Positions 37,848 to 49,680 of a stretch of 64,000 bases of DNA are shown here, in pieces. Position 1 is the stretch's first letter, and each line of letters starts with the position of its first letter. Position numbers and translations under genes: made by a program. The notes beneath the pieces were generated by a model. The model ran no database searches and had not been told where the DNA came from. It worked only from the letters and a program-made list of their open reading frames with translations. This stretch comes from Takakia lepidozioides (lineage: Eukaryota > Plantae > Bryophyta), in NCBI GenBank assembly GCA_030704615.1, contig CM060731.1, positions 90,396,001 to 90,460,000 of the forward strand. The letters run 5' to 3'.

Positions 37848-39960
37848 TCACTCCCGCATATAGTCGCCGAAACTGGAGGAAACGATAATGCCACCATGCT
37901 AGCCAACTGACCATTGCTCCTTCGTCTGATTTCCTTACAGCACCTGACGATGTCCACCAAGCCCGTATGCATGCAAAACTGTGTCTCTGCATCCATCCAA
38001 TGGTGGGAGAGCGCGCTTCCACGCAAGGCACCTGGAACGGTTGCTCCTCTCTGAAATATGGCGCCACGAGCCTGGTTGTGTACTGCGAAAGGCTCTGCAG
38101 AAAATGGAACCCACAAGATCTCTCCTTGCCTTCCATGGGAACATTGGGGTCTTGCCCGTACACCCTTCGGATGGCAGCCCAATTTGCTTGTGCGTTGTCC
38201 GCCATGAAACCCGGAAATTGGGAGGGGGCGGCAATCCCGCCTTGGCCATCTGTCGTTTATCCCTGCCAAAAGAAGCATCTCCAATGTGTGTCCTCTCCTT
38301 TCATCTCACAAATAGCAATTGTATTAGCATCTTTTTTTTTCTGCAGTGGGTGTCGTAGACATGTGCACCCATTGTCACCCACTGGTGATTGTAATTCGCT
38401 GATATGGTCGAACATGACCCAACTGTTTGACAAGTTCCCACTCGTCATCATGTCGACCAGTTCGACGCCACTGCCAGTCAACACGTGGACATTTTGAATA
38501 CGAAACAACGACTGCCTCAGTCCTTGTCCTGGAAACCTACTTCCATGAATGTAGTCATATCCACATCGTCGCTTCACCTCTAGAATGGAGTGCATATCCG
38601 AGCCACGCCCAATTTTCTGTTTGCCATGAGACAATGTGGTTTCGGACATTCGGTGAACATACGTGGGACACCGACTCCAGCAATGCCTCCATTTCCTTCT
38701 CGTCGAGAGGAACTCTATCGGAGCCGTCTTCGACATAATTCTGGCCAATGCCATCTTGGGGCGGCTTGGAGCTGTATTGTTTGGGTTTGGCACCCGGTCT
38801 CAACTTAACCTCCTCTCTGAACGAGCTGCTCTTCTTCGTGGGCAGCGCCTCCCGCGAGTTCCCCTCGCCAATTTGTGACAATGGGAACCAACGTGTATGC
38901 AAGCTCGGGTGAGGTCAGGGAAACGGTGCAACACATAGAACTGCTTGGACATTACAAACAGACATGCTGTGTGGTGGTTCTTGCAATGCGCACACTTAAA
39001 TGTGGAGGTTCGGAACCTTCTCCTGAGCTCGAAATGGTGGTGAGCTGTGCCTGTCCAATCGGTCTCGTTCCTGTGACCTCTGGATTTAAAGTGGAAGCAA
39101 GTTGGGGAGAAACACCGCAACGCGCCCCGCACAAACAAACGTAGCGCACCCGCACACCATCAGCATCTTCATGCTGGTGGTTTTGTAACGCACCAAGGAT
39201 GACCGTCATGTTTTCTATCCATATCTGTCAACATTCCGGACGCCCTCGAGTCGAGAGTCGCCCGAGGAGGGAACTCAAAGAAGATATTACCGTCGACGTC
39301 GGCGGGAAGGCATGTAACCCATTTAATTGCAAACTTGATGTAGTCCAGCCCGGCCAGCTCCGACCGGTGTCCTTCCAGGTGAAGCCCTCGCAGAATTTCT
39401 AGAATAGATCGAATGCGGTGCTCGTGCTGGGAATATGACTCCCTCCTCCACTGACGTCCATTGAGGACTTGCCTGATTCCAGGACGACCTCGGAACTTCC
39501 ATGACCTCGTCTGAGTCGGACAGGTTGTGAACAACCCAGTTCTCGGTCGTCTTCATGGATGGGTTCGGCTCTGGATTTACTTCGTTGCGGACTTCTCTCT
39601 TTGAGGTAACCACTCTGATTCGCGGATTGTTTCGTGGAAGGCGCCAGGATAGACGGTTATTTGGCGGGCAAATGAAGTCCCCAACAACCCTGTATATGAC
39701 GCTGTCGATGGTGGAACTCGCCATTCCTGCCATCGCCGAAATCATCGTGGAGCACAACAATACTCTCGACAACAAGGCCGTTGAGTCCTTCCTTTCCTCC
39801 TCCAAAAAACCGACCCCGGTTTCAGGTGGTATCGAACGCACAGATATTTCTCCATCACCCGGCAGGTGTCCCCTCTGCACGGAAATGAAGCTCTATGCTC
39901 GTGAGGAGGCAGTACATGTAGCGCTCGGGTTTTCCGCCATGGGAGATGTGCACACAAGAC
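37848..39960 (-). pseudogene. Family-B transposase, N-terminal/central part (copy B2; many indels, possibly sequencing errors)
   Basis: DGNIFFEFPP, MDRKHDGHPWC, WVMFDHI, MADNAQANW and CGFHFLQSL occur in shifting frames. Confidence 0.83.
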
Positions 39961-40239
39961 TGCCAGGATGGCGTGCGGGGAAGCTCCCTGGTAGAAGGGG
40001 GTGCAGCGATGGGAATGAATGCGATGCCGATTTGTCCGAGCGACGAAGCCTGATCCAAATCCAGGGAGCCAACTATCTCAAAAATCCACAGTCAGAGTGT
40101 TAATGAACCTTGTCTCCGGAATGCGGCCCCTCGTCTTTGCGCAATAACTGCCAACGGTATGCAGTCAGAAGTGGGGGGCCGTCCGGATGATGACGGCTGA
40201 AGGGGAGAAGCCGGCACCGTGCCGTCACATTACTACCCC

Positions 40240-42630
40240 CGAATGGAAATTCGGCACCCAATATCCAACAGAGGAAGCCCGGATGAAGTCGCCTCGGGCG
40301 CAGAGGCCGGAGCGTGTGCGACAGAGAACATCCCCTGGATGAAGATTCGGCGCCGAATTTCCATCCGGGCCCCCAAAAGGGAGTCGTGTCGGGGGTCAGG
40401 CCGAAAACTGGACGGCATAAAAACATCCCCAGATGGAAAAACGGCGCCGAATTCCATCCGGGCGGTTCGGATGCAGTCGGGGAGGGGGGAGTGGCCTGCA
40501 CTTGGCCGTCACATTTCAAACCCCGGACGGAAATTCGGCACCGAATATCGAACAGGGGACGCCCGGATGAAGTCGCCTCGGGCGCAGAGGCGGCGAGTGT
40601 GCGACAGAGAATATCCCTGGATGGAGATTCGGCGCCGAATTTCCATCCGGGCCCCCCAAAGGAAGTCTTGTCGGGGGGTCAGACCGAAAACTGGCCGACA
40701 TAAAAACCTCCCCAGATGGGAAAACGGCGCCGAATTTCAATTCGGGCCGTTCCAATGCAGTCGGGGAGAAGGGAGAGGTCGGCACCTGGCCGTCATATTT
40801 CAACCCCCGGACGGAAATTCGGCACCGAATATCCAACAGACGGCGGAGAGGCGGCACCTCTCCGACAGAGACCATCCCCCGGATGGAAATTCGGCGCCGA
40901 ATTTCCATCCAGCAGGTAAGTGGAATCTCGGATGGATGGAGATTCGGCGCCGAATTTCCATCCAGCAGTAAGTGGAATCTCGGATGGATGGAGATTCGGC
41001 GCCGAAATTCCATCCTGCAGGTAATTCGAATCCCGGATGGATGGAAATTCGGCGCCGAATTTCCATCCTGCAGGTAATTCGAATCCCGGATGAATGGAAA
41101 TTCGGCGCCGAATTTCCATCAGCAGGTAAGGGAATCTCGGATGGATGGAGATTCGGCGCGAATTTCATCCAGCAGGTAAGTGGAATCCCGGATAAATGGA
41201 AATTCGGCGCCGAATTTCCATCTTGCAGTAATTCGAATCCCGGATAAATGGAAATCGGCGCCGAATTTCCATCCAGCAGGTAAGTCGGATCGGTGGCGTA
41301 TGGATATTCGACGCGAATTTCAATTCGCCATGATTTCACGCTCAGAATTACCTTCCTGCAGGTAATTCCCAGAGAGAATTACCTCGTGCAGGGTAATTCC
41401 AATCGATGCGGTAGGATGTTAATTCCTCGTCCAGAATTATCCTGCACGAAGGTAATTCTGATCGACAAATTACTGCAGGAAGGTAATTCTCATCTGGGAA
41501 TTACCTGCACGAAGGTAATTCCTCGCTCAGAAATACTTGGCGAATGGAAATTCGGGACGCCGATATCATACGGCACCGATCCGACTTACCTGCTGGATGG
41601 AAATTCGGCGCCGAATTTCCATTCATCGGGATTCGAATACCTGCTGGACGGAAATTCGGCGCCGATTTCCATTCATCGTATTGAATTACCTGAGGATGGA
41701 AATTCGGCGCCGAATTTTCATTTATCCGGGATTCCACTTACCTGCAGGATGGAAATTCGGCGCCAAATTTCCATTCATCCGGTATTCGAATTACCTGCAT
41801 GATGGAAATTCGGCGCCAAATTCCATTCATCCGTATTCGAATTACCTGCATGATGGAAATTCGGCACCGAATTACCTGCGTGAGGGAAATTCGGCACGCC
41901 GCCCTACCTCCGCGGATGGAAATTCGGCGTCGGATTTCCATCCGAGCGCTTCCGAATTACCTGCTGAGGGAAATTTCCAGCGCCGCCCTACCTGGCTGGA
42001 TGGAAATTCGGGCCGGATTTCCATCGCGCGCTTCCGAATTACCTGCTTCAGGGAAATTTCCAGCGCCGCACTACCTGGTTGGATGGAAATTCGGCACCGG
42101 ATTTCCATCCGCGCGCTTCCGAATTACCTGCGTGAGGGAAATTGGCGCCGCCCTATCTCCGCGATGGAAATTCGGCGCCGGATTTCCATCCGAGCGCTTC
42201 CGAATTACCTGCTTGAGGGAAATTTCCAGCGCCGCCCTGCCGGGCTGGATGGAAATTCGGCGCCGGATTTCCATCCGCGCGCTTCCGAATTACCTGCGTG
42301 AGGGAAATTTCCAGCGCCGCCCTACCTGGCTGGATGGAAATTCGTCGCCGGATTTCCATCCGCGCGCTTCCGAATTACCTGCGTGAGATAAAATTTCCAG
42401 CGCCGCCCTACCTGGCGGATGGAAATTCGTCGCCGGATTTCCATCCGCGCGCTTCCAATTACCTGCGTGAGGGAAATTTCCAGCGCCGCCCTTCTCCGCG
42501 GATGGAAATTCGGCGCCGGATATCCATCCTGCTGCGCTCCGAATTACCTGCAGGATGGAAATCCGGCGCCGGAATTCCATCGTGCAGCGCTCCGAATTAC
42601 CTCTACGTTGGAAATTCCGGGACTGTTTAC
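40240..42630. repeat. Central family-B palindrome array (copy B2)
   Basis: Inverted homolog of 29950-31830 with more units. Confidence 0.9.
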
Positions 42631-43399
42631 GTCGATTTTCATCCGACATGGAGGGCTTCATCCGACATTTAATTGCGCAGTTGGGCAATAAATGTCGACG
42701 GCCGTCGGTTATTATTCGGGCTGGCGACGCATGGCTTTCTGGACACGTACCCTAAATCTCATGCTAAACTTGGCTTAACATGGTATTCCAGGCATGTACC
42801 CCAAAAAAGGAGATCTTTTTGGCTGGGACTTATGCCGCCTGAAGGGCGTGGCTCTCCTGAGAGAGACCTCACATCCAGACCGCGGCGGAAGTTGAAAGCT
42901 CTGTACTACGGACGACGGCCAATCTCTCGCATGGCCAAACTGAAGCTCCAGCAGGAGATTCCAGTGTCTTGCTCACAACCTGCGCCAACTGAAGCCGAGT
43001 ACTCTCAGGCAAGCCACTTCTGCTTTCGGTTTGTTCGATTTATTTTTGCTTTCGCTTTGTTACCTCGCTTTATTTTTGCATCTTCATCCTGGCTTTGCTG
43101 TATGAGTGAACTTTAGATAGTTGAGTGAACCTTAGATTGTTTGCAATGCGTGTGCAAATCCGGCAGCTCTGTACAAATGCAAATAAGGCTGCTTGTGCAT
43201 GTCATTCTTAGGCAATGGTTGCATTTGTTTTCATTGTTGTTGCATGGCTCTCCATACTTCCTAAACTTGTTATGTTTTCATTTTTGCTACATGATTGTTG
43301 CTATGGTGGTTGCGCTGCTCGTTGCGATGCTGTTTTTGCACCGATGTTGGTTTTCACGATTTTTGTCAATGACAGAGTGACGACGAGCCCGGCACGCTG

Positions 43400-46300
43400 G
43401 TGGTATCATCGACAGCTCCAACTCATCGCATGTTTGAATCGCCCAACTTGGGGCGAGAGGGCAAACTTAAACCTTTTGTTGGTGGACGGGAGGACTTGCA
43501 ACGAGATTACGACAGAGTAGGCATTGGGGAGGTTGGTGCAGGCGGCATGGCAGGTGAAGGGCGTGAGGACATGAGGACAGCAGATCCGGCAATGGAGGTT
43601 GTTCATGCACATGCAGTAGGGCCCGCCACGCAAAGAAAAAGAAGAAAGCTAAGCACATGCAATCCCCGGCGAGAGAGCAGTCACGGGCTGCGGAGGGGGG
43701 AGTGAGCAGTGCGCGCGAGGGTGTCAGTTCGCCTCAATCAAAGGTGGTCGTCCTGGAGGGCTCCCCTGCTGCTAGCCCTAGTAAGAAACAGAAAGCCCGT
43801 GAGAGGGCAAAAGAGAGGGCAAAAGAACAGACGAGACAGAATGCTAGCCAGGAGGAAAGACAAAAGGCAGCTGAAGAGGCCAGGGGTGCCCAAATGACAG
43901 ATGCCAATGTAAGCGAGGGACCCACAGAGACGGTGGATCCCTACAAGACACCACAGAGAGGCAGTAGCACACCGGTTAGACCATCGCGGGCAAGAGCAGC
44001 CCCCGCAATTACCCATACGGTGGAGAGTGGAGGAGAGGAAAGAACACCTGAAAGAGCACGGATTGTGCAAGTTCGAGGTGAAGCCAGAGAGAGGGCAGTA
44101 GAGAGACGACGAGAGTGCTGGAGGTGGTTTCGCAGGTGGCTGACCCTGTTGAGGAGGACGACATGGAGGTTTCTGACCAGGATGACATCCTCCCGGACAT
44201 CCCCAGGCCCCAAACCCCGAGCATACAGGCTGGATTTGGCGGTCCTGGTGGGCTGCCGGAAAACCCTTCTGCAGCAGACGTCATGTCTGAGGCGGATATG
44301 AAGTTGGCCGCTGCCAAGATGTTGGAGGCAACCCACAGCAACATTGGCAGGGTGGGGGGCATGGTGTACCCGGCCAAGCTTCGAATTCCCCTTTGCCGCT
44401 TGGTGTCATTGCAGGTGGTGAGACCTGCCCTCCCAGGCGATATCGACAAGCTGAAATTCTCTTTCCGGGATGGATATTGAATGGGGTCTGCCGCCTTTTA
44501 CGTTTCCATTGAGAACGACCACGGAGCTTCCCGTGCCCACACTTCCGATGAGGTGGACAAATGGGGTCCCCATTGGCAAACGCGAAATGAGGAGTTCGAG
44601 AGATCGATTGCTAGTGATCCTCTTTTCCAGCACATGTCCGGTAAGATGTTCTACGTGTGGGACGGCAATCATCGCCTCCTGGCATGGATGGAGCACATTG
44701 CCCAAGCCCACCCCAACGATCTCGATTGGCATTTCGCCGTCGATTGTGTTGTGCTGAAGGTTGCGGGGCCCAAAGATCGCAGTCTTCTCAAAGCTGCAAT
44801 GGCCGACATCAACTCGTAAGCTACAACCCCTCTCGCTTTTGGACTTTGAATTTGGAAGTTTCATTGCGAATCCTCATATATGATGAAAATTCCCATTTCA
44901 GTATTGTTTGATGGAAATGTGGCACTGCAGGGTGACTGAGAATGCCTTCATTGCCACCAACTTGTCCCATATGCTCTTCCGAGTGAAGGATGTCGGGAAG
45001 CAGGGGGTGCAAGAGTTTGCCAATTCCCTCAGTGCCGACCTCCTGCGCAAGTCGGAGGCAAAGGCAGACAGAACGTGGTATAGGCTGAGCGTCGACGCCA
45101 TGGTGGACTACATATTTTGGGTAAAGCTCCTGACAGTTTTGTTGAGCTAATCTGTCTCTCCTCCCCCAATAGAAGAAATTGTGTTGAGCAGGATCTCTAA
45201 TCTTATGTGCGCATTCTTGACAGACGAAAATACAGCAGGATTTGGCACATGCGCGGAGGTTCTACATGGAGTCAGAGGAGAAGAATCCAACCCTCCCGGA
45301 ACTCGAATCGTATGTCAAAGCTGCGGAGGTGAGGGCCCGCATAAAGTACAAGTCGCGGATGGTAAAGTACGTGGCCATAGCTGATCCCGCCCTTGGTGCC
45401 GACTTTCTGGTGGAGGTGGGGAAGCACTACTCTCGCGCTCTGAAGCCCACGATGACATTGGAGAAGCTCCATCGTCTAGCCACATCCTGTGTGGATGCAA
45501 CAGAAAAGGTGATACATTCTTAACAAAATTGTGGTGGCAACAACTCCTTTTTGTGGTGTTTGGCGCTTACGAATATGCTGGGTGGTTGGACAGACCCGGT
45601 GGCTCCAAATCTGGAATGGTTCCCAAAGTACCAGGGACATGTGGAGCTTCCCCAAACCGGACAAACTCTCTGACCCCACATTCGACATGTGGATGAACCG
45701 CATGACATGGTGGTTTCAGGTACTTCCCCACGCTTCGTTTGGGGCTTCTACTCTAGTAGGGGGTGGATTCATTGTATTTTTTGAGGAAAGCGATCTGATG
45801 GACAATCTCCACAGGTGACGACGAATGCGCAAGAGCAGCTGGACACACAAGCACATCAGTTCAAGATGGAGATATTTCCTGCAGCAGAGAGCCTACGTGA
45901 CTATGTGACGAGGTACTTTCTGCTCTACAAAACCAACCTATTCTTTCGGGAGATAGCAGATGCTCGCCGGAGCCACGAGTTCACCGACCAGCCGAACGCG
46001 GACAAAGCAGCAATGCGCCTTCTGTACAGGTACATACGCGCTGCCTTTCTTTCAAGTCCTGGCATTTCAGGATGTTAGAGGCCTCAAGTGGTGTTAGGGA
46101 AAATGGCGCCGAATTTCCAGTCAGGGCTCCGAAAATGGCTAAGTCCCTAGACTGGCTGGCCCGGAACTGGAAATTCGGCGCCATTTTCCAGTTCCAGGCC
46201 CTATTGCCGTTCATGGACTTAGCCATTTTCGGCCTAAGTCCCTAGACTGGCTGGCCTGAAGTGGAAATTCGGCGCCATATTCCAGTTTTAGGCCCTATTG

Positions 46301-49300
46301 CCGTTCAGGGACTTAGCCATTTTCGGCCTAAGTCCCTAGTGTGGCTGGCCCGGAACTGGAAATTCGACGCCGTTTTCCAGTTCTAGGCCCTATTGCCGTC
46401 CAGGGACTTAGCCATTTTCGGGCTAAGTCCCTAGACTGGCTGGCCCTGAACTGGAAATTCGGCTCCATTTTCCAGTTCCAGGCCCTATTGCCGTTCAGGG
46501 ACTTAGCCATTTTCGGCCTAAGTCCCTAGACTGGCTGGCCCTGAAGTGGAAATTCGGCGCCATATTCCAGTTTTAGGCCCTATTGCCGTTCAGGGACTTA
46601 GCCATTTTCGGCCTAAGTCCCTAGTGTGGCTGGCCCGGAACTGGAAATTCGGCGCCGTTTTCCAGTTCTAGGCCCTATTGCCGTCCAGGGACTTAGCCAT
46701 TTTCGGGCTAAGTCCCTAGACTGGCTGGCCCTGAACTGGAAATTCGGCGCCATTTCCAGTTCCAGGCCCTATTGCCGTTCAGGGACTTAGCCATTTTCGG
46801 GCTAAGTCCCTAGACTGGCTGGCCCTGAAGTGGAAATTCGGCGCCATATTCCAGTTTTAGGCCCTATTGCCGTTCAGGGACTTAGCCATTTTCGGGCTAA
46901 GTCCCTAGACTGGGTGGCCCTGAACTGGAAATTCGGCGCCATTTTCCAGTTCCAGGCCGTATTGCCGTTCAGGGACTTAGCCATTTTCGGCCTAAGTCCC
47001 TAGACTGGGTGGCCCTGAAGTGGAAATTCGGCGCCATATTCCAGTTGTAGGCCCTATTGCCGTTCAGGGACTTAGCCATTTTCGGACCTCATTGTGTTTT
47101 TCATGAATGCAGGTACTGTAAGTTCTCCCTTTTGGAGAAAGGTCATCTGTCTTTCGAGCCACCATTCTTCCTGGCATGGAGGAACCCTGGGGCTGACTCC
47201 ATGTACACTGACGATATTGTAAAGGAGTGGCATCTGGAACATTTGCGTGATTGCCCTTGGTATGTGGACCTTCCGAGTTTCAATTGAAGCTGGATGCTGA
47301 ATTCCGACGAAACCGGGCTCCGCTGCCTCCGTTGGGTGCAAAAGAGGCAAAAGCGCTTGCGAACTCCAGGAAAGCGGCAGAGCTTGCTCAGGCAGGAATT
47401 CAGGAGAAATTGCATGAGAAGAGTAAAGGTCAAAGGAAAAGGACAAGGAAACAGGTGACTGCAGTAACACCCAAAAGAAGAAGAAAACCATCGGGGCATC
47501 GGAGGAGGCGCAGGAGGGGACCCAAGAGAGTGACTCCGACGCCGATTTTATTCAAGGTCCTGCGACTGCTGTTACTCCTACCCAGTCACCGGTCGTCCGG
47601 GTTCCCAAGTCAGTTCGGAGTGGGACTGGCTCTGCCAAGAAGTTGGCATTTGAGGGCGAGCCTACACGGCGGTATTCGGCGGTGACGTTTACGCACAGGC
47701 CAAAGCTAGAACCTCCAACCATCATCCAATGCGTCAATGAGAGCTTCATTGACGCTCTCGCTGCCAGGGCGAAGAAGGTGGCACACAACAAGTCTCTGGC
47801 GGAGCAGAAGGGGAAAGCCAAGAAGAGGGCTGCCGGTACAGAGCCTAAAGACACCCCTGGTTTTGAAGCCATGATGGAATTCTTCACGGCTGTGAGCACG
47901 AATTGCAAGAGCACTCGGGGGGGGGGTTGAGGTGGAGAGAGCTTGCGACATGATTCTCCTCGACATTCCAGATGGGGAGCTGCTGGAGGGCCTGGATGGT
48001 GTGCCCACCTGGAACAGGTTTACTGAGGACTACTGGAAAGTCGGGTTTGGGCTGGCGGGGATGCTTCTGGATGACGGTGGATGTGTGGTTGTCCTTGCCA
48101 CGAGAGGGAAGACCACAGAGAATGCGGTGGCAAGGTGGACACCGAAAAGTGTCACCCCAGTCCTCCTCAGAAAATGGTTCTGCATCAGTACGCAGGGGTT
48201 GCGAACAGAGGGCCAAAGTGTAAGTTATCAATCTATTGCATTCACTTCATATTGTGGTGTATGTTAAGTAGACCCTGGAATTGATCCCTTCTTTGTTGGA
48301 TGTGCAGACATTGGTGTTTGAGGCATATTGCTTTGTGAAGAGAGGGTCTACGTTCAAATTCCGCAACGACGGTCGTCTTGTTGATGCCGCTGTGGACCCT
48401 GTAACCTACGATGTCCTCTACAACTATGTGCCCCACTCTAGTATGCCGAAGGACACAAAGACAGGCAAACCGTGGCGGTACAGCCGGACCCGGAGCCCTG
48501 CTTTCATCCAAACCCTCATGGAGACGTGCTCGGATGTCCAAGGGCGGATTCTGGACCTCACATGCGGCACGGGTAAGCCTTCACGTGCTCAGTTTGTCCC
48601 CTGGCCCCATTGCAATTGCATGCCGCAAGCTATTAACCGCCCGCTTTGTTCCTCAGGTGCTTCAATGTGGGCAGGGACGTTGTCCGACAGGCATGTGTTC
48701 GCCTTCGAGCCAGATACTGCCCTCCACAACTCGGAACTTGCAGCGGCTGAACGTCTGCCGAAAGAGGAAGAGGCATCCTCGGAGGATGAGGAAAAATCCG
48801 AGAAGGAGCAGGGGGAGGAAGTTGGGATCGAGGCCGAGGAGCCCCCGGTTTACGAGTGAGTGGTGGCATTGTAAGTTGCCTCCAGATTTTGTGAGGCACC
48901 TCCCTCCGCTCTCTTATTTCATTGAAAACCATTTCTGCTTGTGCTGGTATTGACATTCTTGAAGTGGATTTGTTCTTACTGTAGGATGCCAAGTACTGCC
49001 GGAGGGACGTCTACACCGGAGTTCATGGGCAGGAGGAACGTGCCTTTTTTGCCAGGGGGGATTTCATGCCTAGTCCAGAAAGGGAGTACATCCTTCCTAC
49101 TTATGCTGCCCGGCTTGCTTCGGTGTCCATTAGGAGGTGTTCCGAACGTAGTCGTGTACAGCAGATTTTAGACGAGGCAAGCCTCAAGAAAATGAAGATG
49201 AGGGAGGAGGCAGCAGCTATTAGAGCCCGTCGGGCTCGTAGATTTGTGTTGGATTCTGCTGAGGAAAGTGGGGGAGAAGACGCAGAAGATTCCCAGGAGG

Positions 49301-49443
49301 TGAGGTGGACAGTCCCCCAAGGAGAGGACGGGATTTTTGAGAGGCATAGTGGAACTGATGCATCACAGAGCTCGGAGGATGAGGGGGATGAGGGGGATGA
49401 GGAAGAAGGTGGGGCAAGTTCCTCGGAGGGTGTAGGAGAGTAG
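43400..49443 (+). pseudogene. Family-B ParB-like + beta-class DNA amino-MTase-like multi-exon gene (copy B2)
   Basis: Predicted GT-AG introns (e.g. 44816-44930, 46030-47112, 48573-48656, ~48856-48985) join the ParB motif YVWDGNHR (~44653), motif IV-like DIPDG (47962) and motif I LDLTCGTG|AS (~48551). Several frameshifts and a stop. Confidence 0.85.
46098..47090. repeat. Intronic ~95-bp tandem repeat (~10 units)
   Basis: Same unit as 25975-26490 (reverse complement), about twice the copy number. Confidence 0.9.
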
Positions 49444-49680
49444 TGCCCATTCCGGCTATGACAGTTAGAACACACTTGTATAGACGTGGCTTGCCACAAA
49501 ATTTGCAATAAAATGTTGCATTTCAAGTCCACTGGTGCCACATTCCAACTTCACATGACCCTATTTCCGTGCCTCCTAACCCTATTTCCGTGGACTCACA
49601 ATGGTCTGCTCATGTTTTTTTTTTTTTCCGCTCATGCTCATGCCGCTCATGCTCATGCCGCTCATGAAATAGCAGCCCCC

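Larger units (their letters stand above)
37848..49680. mobile_element. Family-B transposon copy B2 (inverted relative to B1, left end lost in the gap)
   Basis: Near-identical inverted homolog of 23406-31910. The TIR ...CTCATGAAATAGCAGCCCCC ends at 49680, abutting an A' ParB exon. Confidence 0.92.

Noticed and set aside
37084-38284. ORFs spanning the N run
   Set aside because: Artefacts of translating the gap.
37848-44400. Dense frameshifts in B2 as evidence of old age
   Set aside because: The indels cluster near the contig end while substitutions versus B1 are rare, so they are more likely consensus errors.
23406-49680. Giant inverted repeat around the gap as a mis-assembly or a single foldback element
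   Set aside because: B1 has its own two TIRs and TSD, B1 and B2 differ in deletions and repeat numbers, and their flanks are diverged A versus A' copies. Gap closure is still desirable.
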